This document shows, one piece after another, positions 57,129 through 64,000 of a DNA stretch of 64,000 nucleotides (position 1 is its first letter; the number at the start of each line of letters is the position of its first letter). The DNA comes from an uncultured Methylotenera sp. GTDB taxonomy: Bacteria; Pseudomonadota; Gammaproteobacteria; Burkholderiales; Methylophilaceae. The stretch lies in NCBI GenBank assembly GCA_964400215.1, contig CAYNSY010000005.1, positions 17,943 through 81,942 of the forward strand. Reading direction: 5' to 3'. The notes under the pieces were generated by a model that did no database searches, was not told the DNA's origin, and saw only the letters and a list, made by a program, of their open reading frames with translations. The position numbers and the translations under genes are program-made.

Positions 57129-60100
57129 ATGGCAAAACGTACAGACATTAAATCCATACTTATCATAGGCGCAGGGCCTATCGTAATTGGTCAAGCGTGT
57201 GAGTTCGATTACTCGGGTGCGCAGGCGTGTAAAGCTTTACGCGAAGAAGGCTACCGCGTCATTCTGGTGAACTCCAATCCAGCGACCATCATGACCGACC
57301 CGGAAATGGCCGATGCAACTTACATAGAGCCAGTGACCTGGCAGGTGGTGGAAAAGATCATTGCCAAAGAGCGTCCCGATGCGCTGTTGCCTACCATGGG
57401 TGGACAAACCGCGCTGAACTGCGCCTTGGATTTGGACAAGCATGGCGTGTTAGCCAAATACAAAGTTGAGCTGATAGGCGCGTCCAAAGAAGCGATTGAT
57501 AAAGCCGAAGACAGGCAAAAATTTAAAGAAGCCATGACCAAGATAGGTTTGGGTTCCGCCCGTTCGGTGATCGCACACAGCATGGAAGAAGCCTTGCAAG
57601 TGCAGCCTGGTATAGGCTACCCAGCCATTATTCGCCCGTCCTTCACCATGGGCGGCAGCGGTGGTGGTATCGCTTACAACCGTGAAGAATTTGTCTCCAT
57701 CTGCGAGCGCGGTTTGGATGCGTCGCCCACCAGCGAGTTGCTGATAGAAGAATCCTTGCTGGGTTGGAAAGAATACGAGATGGAAGTGGTGCGCGACTCT
57801 GCGGACAATTGCATCATCATCTGCTCAATAGAAAACTTAGACCCCATGGGCGTGCACACCGGTGACTCCATCACCGTGGCACCGGCGCAAACGCTGACCG
57901 ATAAAGAATACCAAATCATGCGCAATGCCTCCTTGGCCGTGTTGCGTGAAATTGGCGTGGACACCGGTGGTTCCAATGTGCAGTTCGCCATTAACCCGGT
58001 CGATGGCCGCATGATCGTGATTGAAATGAATCCACGGGTGTCGCGTTCGTCTGCCTTGGCCTCTAAAGCGACCGGTTTTCCGATTGCTAAAGTGGCGGCA
58101 AAATTGGCAGTGGGCTTTACTTTGGATGAGTTGCGCAATGAAATTACCGGCGGTGCGACGCCGGCCTCGTTCGAGCCATCCATCGATTACGTGGTCACCA
58201 AGATTCCAAGGTTCGCCTTTGAAAAATTCCCGCAAGCCGATTCGCGTTTAACCACGCAAATGAAATCGGTGGGCGAAGTCATGGCCATAGGCCGCACTTT
58301 CCAAGAGTCCTTCCAAAAAGCCTTGCGCGGTTTGGAAGTGGGCGTGGACGGTTTGGATGAAAAAACCACCGATTTAGATTTAATTACCAAAGAAATGGGC
58401 GTGCCTGGACCAGAGCGTATTTGGTATCTGGCGGACGCTTTTAGAATGGGCTTAAGCGTGGCTGAGGTTTATGCTATTTCTAAAATAGACCATTGGTTCT
58501 TGGTGCAAATTAAAGATTTGATAGACCGTGAATTAGCCTTGAAAGGTAAGCAGATTGCCGACCTGGATAAAGCCGCCATGCTGAAATTAAAACGCAGTGG
58601 TTTTTCCGACAGGCGTTTAGCCACCTTGCTCAATACCGATCAACACGCGGTGCGTGCTTATCGTCAAGCCTTGCAAGTGCGTCCGGTGTATAAGCGCGTC
58701 GATACCTGCGCGGCGGAGTTTGCGACCAACACCGCTTACATGTATTCCAGCTACGAAGAAGAATGCGAAGCCGCACCTAGCGATAAGAAAAAAATCATGA
58801 TCTTGGGCGGCGGTCCTAACCGTATTGGCCAGGGCATAGAGTTTGATTATTGCTGTGTGCACGCGGCTTTTGCCATGCGTGAAGACGGTTATGAAACCAT
58901 CATGGTTAACTGCAACCCAGAAACCGTGTCTACCGATTACGACACCTCAGACCGTTTGTATTTTGAGCCGGTAACCTTGGAAGACGTGCTGGAAATTGTC
59001 GCCATAGAAAAACCGGTCGGCGTGATCGTGCAATACGGTGGTCAAACGCCATTGAAATTAGCGCGCGATTTAGAAAAAGCCGGTGTGCCCATCATAGGCA
59101 CAACTCCGGATGCGATTGATAAAGCCGAAGACCGCGAGCGTTTCCAAAAAATGCTGCAAGAGTTGGGCTTAAAACAACCGCCTAACCGCACCGCCAGAAC
59201 ACCAGAAGAAGCGATACGCTTGGCCTTGGAAATTGGCTACCCCTTGGTCGTTCGTCCTAGTTATGTGCTGGGCGGTCGCGCCATGGAAATTGTCCAAGAG
59301 CAGTCACAACTTGAGCGCTATATGCGTGAAGCAGTCAAAGTGTCGAACGAGTCACCGGTGTTATTGGATCGCTTCTTAAACGATGCTTTAGAGGTTGATG
59401 TCGATGCCCTGTGCGACAACACCGGCGACGTCATTATTGGCGGCATCATGGAACACGTAGAGCAAGCGGGGGTGCATTCCGGTGATTCAGCGTGTTCATT
59501 ACCGCCTTACAGTTTGTCGCCTAAGTTGCAGGATGAATTGCGTGAGCAAACCAAACAAATGGCCCGTGCCTTAGGCGTGGTTGGTTTGATGAACGTGCAA
59601 TTTGCCATACAAGGCAAGACCGTTTATGTCTTAGAAGTGAACCCGCGTGCATCGCGTACCGTGCCCTTTGTTTCTAAAGCCTGTGGTTTGCAATTGGCTA
59701 AAGTGGCCGCACGCTGCATGATAGGCACCTCGCTAAAAGCGCAAGGCGTCACCCGTGAAATTATTCCACCGTTCTATTCGGTGAAAGAAGCGGTATTCCC
59801 CTTCATTAAATTCCCTGGCGTGGATACGATTTTAGGCCCAGAAATGAAGTCCACCGGCGAGGTGATGGGTGTGGGCGCTACCTTTGCGGAAGCCTTCTTG
59901 AAGTCACAATTGGGTGCTTCAACCACCTTACCTGAAGGCGGCCGTGCGTTCATTAGTGTGCGCAAGGAAGACTACAATAAAGTGGTGGAGATCGCCCATG
60001 CCTTGCATGATTTAGGCTTTGAGTTGGTGGCCACCAAAGGCACGGCTACTGCATTGACAGCCAACGGTTTAAAAGTGTCGTCCGTCAACAAGGTGGCTGA

Positions 60101-60335
60101 AGGCCGTCCACACATCGTCGACATGATAAAAAATAACGACATCAGCTTTATCGTTAATGTCACGGAAGACAAGCGTGCCGTGGCCGATTCCTACGAAATT
60201 AGGCGCAGTGCATTGCAAAACAAAGTTACCTATTACACCACCTTGGCTGGCGCTAAAGCGGCTTGCATAGGCATGGCGCACATGCAAGAGTTGACGGTGG
60301 AGTCTTTGCAAGACTTGCATAAAAAGCTGGCTTAA
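57129..60335 (+). CDS. carB: Carbamoyl-phosphate synthase large subunit
   Basis: 1068 aa, duplicated ATP-grasp halves, and an MGS-like C-terminal domain. Confidence 0.98.
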   Translation: MAKRTDIKSILIIGAGPIVIGQACEFDYSGAQACKALREEGYRVILVNSNPATIMTDPEMADATYIEPVTWQVVEKIIAKERPDALLPTMGGQTALNCALDLDKHGVLAKYKVELIGASKEAIDKAEDRQKFKEAMTKIGLGSARSVIAHSMEEALQVQPGIGYPAIIRPSFTMGGSGGGIAYNREEFVSICERGLDASPTSELLIEESLLGWKEYEMEVVRDSADNCIIICSIENLDPMGVHTGDSITVAPAQTLTDKEYQIMRNASLAVLREIGVDTGGSNVQFAINPVDGRMIVIEMNPRVSRSSALASKATGFPIAKVAAKLAVGFTLDELRNEITGGATPASFEPSIDYVVTKIPRFAFEKFPQADSRLTTQMKSVGEVMAIGRTFQESFQKALRGLEVGVDGLDEKTTDLDLITKEMGVPGPERIWYLADAFRMGLSVAEVYAISKIDHWFLVQIKDLIDRELALKGKQIADLDKAAMLKLKRSGFSDRRLATLLNTDQHAVRAYRQALQVRPVYKRVDTCAAEFATNTAYMYSSYEEECEAAPSDKKKIMILGGGPNRIGQGIEFDYCCVHAAFAMREDGYETIMVNCNPETVSTDYDTSDRLYFEPVTLEDVLEIVAIEKPVGVIVQYGGQTPLKLARDLEKAGVPIIGTTPDAIDKAEDRERFQKMLQELGLKQPPNRTARTPEEAIRLALEIGYPLVVRPSYVLGGRAMEIVQEQSQLERYMREAVKVSNESPVLLDRFLNDALEVDVDALCDNTGDVIIGGIMEHVEQAGVHSGDSACSLPPYSLSPKLQDELREQTKQMARALGVVGLMNVQFAIQGKTVYVLEVNPRASRTVPFVSKACGLQLAKVAARCMIGTSLKAQGVTREIIPPFYSVKEAVFPFIKFPGVDTILGPEMKSTGEVMGVGATFAEAFLKSQLGASTTLPEGGRAFISVRKEDYNKVVEIAHALHDLGFELVATKGTATALTANGLKVSSVNKVAEGRPHIVDMIKNNDISFIVNVTEDKRAVADSYEIRRSALQNKVTYYTTLAGAKAACIGMAHMQELTVESLQDLHKKLA

Positions 60336-60387
60336 AATACACTTTGTCCGACATTTTTTAACAAGAGCTATTCGTTTGTACTTTAAA

Positions 60388-60419
60388 GCCACACTCAGAT
60401 TGGGTGTGGTTTGTTTTTT
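60388..60419 (+). terminator. Intrinsic terminator after carB
   Basis: CCACAC-loop-GTGTGG is followed by TTTGTTTTTT. Confidence 0.7.
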
Positions 60420-60437
60420 ATTCAGAGGTTTTTCAAC

Positions 60438-60920
60438 ATGGCAGTGATACAAGTTCCCGTTACCGTTAAAGGTGCCGCGCTATTAAAAGAAGAGTTATTG
60501 CGTTTGCGCAGTGTCGATCGTCCGGATGTTATTCAGGCCATTGCTGAAGCGCGCGCACAAGGCGATTTATCGGAAAATGCCGAATACGAAGCAGCCAAAG
60601 AACGGCAAAGTTTTATCGAAGGCCGCATTTCTGAGTTGGAAGCCAAATTGTCCAATGCCATGGTCATAGATCCAGCCACGCTTAATGCGGATGGCCGTTG
60701 TGTGTTCGGTGCTACCGTGCGCATAGAAGACTTGGAAAGCGGCGCGATTATTAGCTACCAAATTGTCGGTGACGACGAAGCGGACATCAAAAATGGTAAG
60801 ATTTCCATCAGCTCACCGATATCACGTGGTTTAATTGGTAAGTCAGAAGGCGATGTGGCTGAAGTGATGGCGCCAGGTGGCGTGAAAGAGTACGAGATTT
60901 TAGACGTTCAATACATTTAA
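60438..60920 (+). CDS. greA: Transcription elongation factor GreA
   Basis: [40 protein letters not shown] use the ATG at 60438 because the track start lies inside the carB terminator. Confidence 0.95.
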   Translation: MAVIQVPVTVKGAALLKEELLRLRSVDRPDVIQAIAEARAQGDLSENAEYEAAKERQSFIEGRISELEAKLSNAMVIDPATLNADGRCVFGATVRIEDLESGAIISYQIVGDDEADIKNGKISISSPISRGLIGKSEGDVAEVMAPGGVKEYEILDVQYI

Positions 60921-60939
60921 TGCAGCATAGCTTGAGGGT

Positions 60940-61392
60940 GTGACTATGAGAAATAATTGGTCAGATAAATTCAGTTTACTGTTAATTACTTTTTGGGTGG
61001 GCGCTTTGTGGACGGTAGGGGCGGTGGCCTATGTGTTATTCAGCACCTTGCCAGACAACCTATTGGCGGGCCAAATAGCTGGTCAATTTTTCACTTACCT
61101 GGCCTATTTAGGCTTGTTCTCGGCTTTTTTCTTGTTGTTGCAACGCTTGTTTGCCTATGGCACTCAGGCCTTAAAGCAAGGTTATTTTTGGGCGCTGTTC
61201 GTGATGTTGTTGTTGGTCTTGGCTGGCCAGTTTGGTATACAACCGATATTGGCTCAATTAAAAGCCGACGCCTTGCCTAGCGATGTGATGCAAAGCGTGT
61301 TTTCTGATCGCTTTGCTACTTGGCACGGGGTGGCCAGCATTGCCTATGTGTTGCAATGCTTGTTGGGCTTCGTGGTGGTGCTGAAAAGGTAA
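60940..61392 (+). CDS. DUF4149-like four-TM membrane protein
   Basis: A hydrophobic 150-aa protein downstream of greA, a common neighbour in beta-proteobacteria (from memory). Confidence 0.55.
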   Translation: MTMRNNWSDKFSLLLITFWVGALWTVGAVAYVLFSTLPDNLLAGQIAGQFFTYLAYLGLFSAFFLLLQRLFAYGTQALKQGYFWALFVMLLLVLAGQFGIQPILAQLKADALPSDVMQSVFSDRFATWHGVASIAYVLQCLLGFVVVLKR

Positions 61393-61396
61393 GGCC

Positions 61397-61687
61397 TTAT
61401 TTCTGCGGCAGTACAATTTTTGCTTTAGTTGAGGCGCGGTAAACCACCAATTGTTTACCTATTTGATGCACTGCTACAGCATTGGTTTGAGCGCAAATAT
61501 CCAACAGCATTTGTGCGCGCAAGGCCCTGTCATCGCTCATGACTTTAATTTTGATTAATTCGTGGGCGTCTAAATTGACATTAATTTCCTTCATCACCGC
61601 CTCGGATAAGCCTTTATTGCTAATCATGACGACAGGATTTAAGGTGTGGGCGAGGCCGCGTAAGTAGCTGATTTGTTTTGAATTCAC
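61397..61687 (-). CDS. yhbY: YhbY/CRM-domain RNA-binding protein
   Basis: LRGLAHTLNPVVMISNKGLSEAVMKEI..HELIKIKV, 96 aa, divergent from rlmE. Confidence 0.88.
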   Translation of the reverse strand: MNSKQISYLRGLAHTLNPVVMISNKGLSEAVMKEINVNLDAHELIKIKVMSDDRALRAQMLLDICAQTNAVAVHQIGKQLVVYRASTKAKIVLPQK

Positions 61688-61762
61688 GTTGGTTTCTTCT
61701 TTAGGGTTTTTGCTTTGAGGTATTTCTTGGGTACACTATTTTATGTGGGCGAAGTTTAACAG

Positions 61763-62380
61763 ATGAAGCTAAAACCTTCCAGCAAAGCTTGGATGCACGA
61801 GCACGTTAACGATGAATTCGTCAAACGTGCGCAAAAAGAAGGCTACCGTGCGCGCGCCGCCTACAAGCTGATAGAAATCGACGACAAAGATAAATTAATC
61901 AAGCCTGGCATGACCATTGTTGATTTAGGGGCCACGCCTGGTAGCTGGTCGCAAGTGGCCACGCAACGTTTGAAAGGTCAGGGGCGCATCATCGCCTTGG
62001 ATTTGCTAGAAATGGAGCCGATTAAAGGCGTGGAATTCATTCAAGGCGACTTTAGGGAAGAGGCGGTCTTGAAGCAATTGGAAAATAGCCTGCAGGGCAA
62101 ACAGGCAGACCTTGTAATTGCCGACATGGCCCCCAATATGTCAGGTATCACCATAGTTGATCAAGCCGGTGCCGCCTATTTAACGGAATTGGCGCTGGAG
62201 TTTAGTCGAGATTGGTTGAAACCAAGCGGTAACTTCCTAGTCAAGGTATTCATAGGCGCTGGCTTCGATGAAATTTTACTCAGCATGCGCGGTATGTTTG
62301 ATAAGGTGGTCACCCGCAAACCCAAGGCTTCACGGGGTCGCAGCAACGAAGTCTATTTGCTTGGGCTAGGTAAGAAATAA
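61763..62380 (+). CDS. rlmE: 23S rRNA (uridine2552-2'-O)-methyltransferase
   Basis: [31 protein letters not shown].., [12 protein letters not shown], and DMAPNMSG. Confidence 0.95.
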   Translation: MKLKPSSKAWMHEHVNDEFVKRAQKEGYRARAAYKLIEIDDKDKLIKPGMTIVDLGATPGSWSQVATQRLKGQGRIIALDLLEMEPIKGVEFIQGDFREEAVLKQLENSLQGKQADLVIADMAPNMSGITIVDQAGAAYLTELALEFSRDWLKPSGNFLVKVFIGAGFDEILLSMRGMFDKVVTRKPKASRGRSNEVYLLGLGKK

Positions 62381-62497
62381 TAGCTAAGAAATAATACGGT
62401 GCTAGGCACTAAAAATAGCCCTTAACGGCTGGCAGTAGGCTGAGATTTAAGCATAAAATAGCCATTGCTATTATGCCTTTTAAAAAGGAACGGAATT

Positions 62498-64000
62498 TTG
62501 AACAACATCTTTAAAAACATTGCCATCTGGGTCGCCATCGCCATGGTATTGATGGCGGTGTTTAATCTGTCTGGTGTTAAAAATGGCGCAGACAGCCAAA
62601 TCGTCTATTCGCAATTCATCCAAGAAGTGAAAGATGGACGCATCGCTAAGGTGCAAATTGATGGTCGCGTATTGCGTGGTACCACGCATGACGGTAAAAA
62701 ATTCAATAGTTATGCGCCTACCGACCCGTGGTTGGTGTCCGATTTGCTAAAAAATAATGTGCAGGTGGAAGCCAAGCCTGAAGAAGAGCAATCTTTCTTG
62801 ATGAGCTTGTTTGTCTCCTGGTTCCCAATGATATTGTTAATTGCTGTTTGGGTGTTTTTCATGCGCCAAATGCAAGGCGGCGGTAAAGGCGGCGGACCGT
62901 TCTCGTTTGGCAAAAGTAAGGCCAGGCAGTTGGACGAAAGCAATAACCAAACAACGTTTGCGGACGTGGCTGGTTGCGATGAGGCTAAGGAAGAAGTGAC
63001 CGAAATCGTTGAGTTTTTGCGTGACCCAACTAAATTCCAGAAACTAGGTGGCCGCATCCCGCGGGGTGTGCTCATGGTGGGCCCACCGGGTACCGGTAAA
63101 ACCTTGTTGGCGCGTGCGATTGCCGGCGAAGCCAAAGTCCCGTTCTTCACTATATCGGGTTCCGATTTCGTTGAAATGTTTGTCGGTGTTGGTGCATCAC
63201 GCGTGCGCGACATGTTTGAGCAAGCCAAGAAAAGCTCACCCTGCATCATCTTCATCGATGAAATTGATGCGGTAGGTCGCAGCCGTGGATCGGGCACAGG
63301 CGGCGGTAATGACGAGCGTGAGCAAACACTCAACCAGCTATTGGTGGAGATGGATGGCTTTGAAGGTAACTCCGGTGTGATTGTGATTGCCGCAACCAAC
63401 CGTGCCGATGTATTGGATAAAGCCTTGCTGCGCCCAGGCCGTTTCGATCGCCAAGTGATGGTGTCTTTGCCGGACATTAAAGGCCGTGAACAAATTTTAA
63501 TGGTGCACATGCGTAAAGTGCCTATCGATGTGGACGTGAAAGCCGACATACTGGCGCGTGGTACGCCGGGTTTTTCAGGTGCGGATTTGGCCAATTTGGT
63601 CAACGAAGCGGCCTTGTTTGCTGCGCGTCGCAATAAACGCACGGTGGACATGCAAGACTTTGAAGACGCCAAAGATAAAATTTTTATGGGCCCTGAGCGT
63701 AAATCCATGATCATGCGTGAAGAAGAACGCCGTAACACGGCCTACCATGAATCTGGTCATGCCGTGGTTGCCAAGTTGTTGCCTAAAGCCGACCCCGTGC
63801 ATAAAGTGACCATCATGCCGCGTGGCTGGGCATTGGGTTTGACCTGGCAGTTGCCGGAGTTCGATCGCATCAGTAATTACAAAGACAAGATGCTGGAAGA
63901 AATTTCTATCTTATTTGGCGGCCGCATTGCCGAAGAAATTTTCATGCATCAAATGTCCACCGGTGCGTCCAATGATTTCGAGCGTGCCACCAAATTGGCG
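62498..64000 (+). CDS. ftsH: ATP-dependent zinc metalloprotease FtsH, N-terminal 501 codons; ORF continues beyond the window end
   Basis: The TTG start follows AAGGA. Motifs are [18 protein letters not shown].., Walker [12 protein letters not shown], Walker [13 protein letters not shown] ([19 protein letters not shown]) and zinc motif HESGHA. The track shows only the antisense shadow ORF 62710-63738. Confidence 0.97.
   Translation, partial: MNNIFKNIAIWVAIAMVLMAVFNLSGVKNGADSQIVYSQFIQEVKDGRIAKVQIDGRVLRGTTHDGKKFNSYAPTDPWLVSDLLKNNVQVEAKPEEEQSFLMSLFVSWFPMILLIAVWVFFMRQMQGGGKGGGPFSFGKSKARQLDESNNQTTFADVAGCDEAKEEVTEIVEFLRDPTKFQKLGGRIPRGVLMVGPPGTGKTLLARAIAGEAKVPFFTISGSDFVEMFVGVGASRVRDMFEQAKKSSPCIIFIDEIDAVGRSRGSGTGGGNDEREQTLNQLLVEMDGFEGNSGVIVIAATNRADVLDKALLRPGRFDRQVMVSLPDIKGREQILMVHMRKVPIDVDVKADILARGTPGFSGADLANLVNEAALFAARRNKRTVDMQDFEDAKDKIFMGPERKSMIMREEERRNTAYHESGHAVVAKLLPKADPVHKVTIMPRGWALGLTWQLPEFDRISNYKDKMLEEISILFGGRIAEEIFMHQMSTGASNDFERATKLA

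Noticed and set aside
57674-58235. 169-aa and 132-aa minus-strand ORFs
   Set aside because: They are antisense to carB.
62710-63738. 342-aa ORF on the minus strand
   Set aside because: It lies entirely antisense to the unmistakable ftsH reading frame (Walker A/B, SRH, HESGHA). Its Ser/Ala/Pro/Arg-rich composition is typical of a shadow ORF.

Overview
This is a chromosomal window with beta-proteobacterial gene order: ychF-pth-rplY-prs-tRNA-Gln-ispE-lolB, ubiE-ubiJ-ubiB, ftsYEX-rpoH, hrcA/nadK-recN, fur-bamE-dapB-carAB-greA and yhbY/rlmE-ftsH. The edd-eda pair would fit a Methylophilaceae-type methylotroph, but that is inference only. Most of the window is tightly packed housekeeping DNA, and nearly all long ORFs antisense to those genes are shadow frames. 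Two partial genes are missing from the ORF track because they run off the window: uvrD (1-1195, minus strand) and ftsH (62498-64000, plus strand). The exception is about 6.4-15.1 kb, an accessory or defence island with no integrase that abuts the 3' end of tRNA-Met. It holds, in order: a small-protein plus tail-anchored alpha/beta-hydrolase operon; a Phd/YefM antitoxin relic; an orphan 242-aa Cys/His-cluster ORF; an intact Sau3AI/MutH-like restriction enzyme with a C5-cytosine methyltransferase and a triply damaged vsr; a standalone all-alpha ORF with a HEPN-like Rx4H motif; and a fic gene bracketed by a ~111-bp direct repeat made of a decayed and an intact tRNA-Met plus terminator. The three uncharacterised units (6496-7779, 8344-9072, 12639-13337) are the best candidates for something undescribed. 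I can only argue from motifs and context, not from database searches. Other notable signals are listed here.
- A candidate ~85-nt sRNA with C-rich loops lies beside a higBA module.
- A near-perfect CIRCE operator sits in front of rpoH.
- Sigma32-type promoters precede grpE and dnaK.
- A consensus promoter plus leader hairpin precedes carAB.
- BamE carries a long Pro/Ala/Val/Glu repeat tail.
- Two short tandem-repeat arrays flank a HAD-hydrolase gene.
I saw no rRNA, CRISPR array, transposase or integrase.
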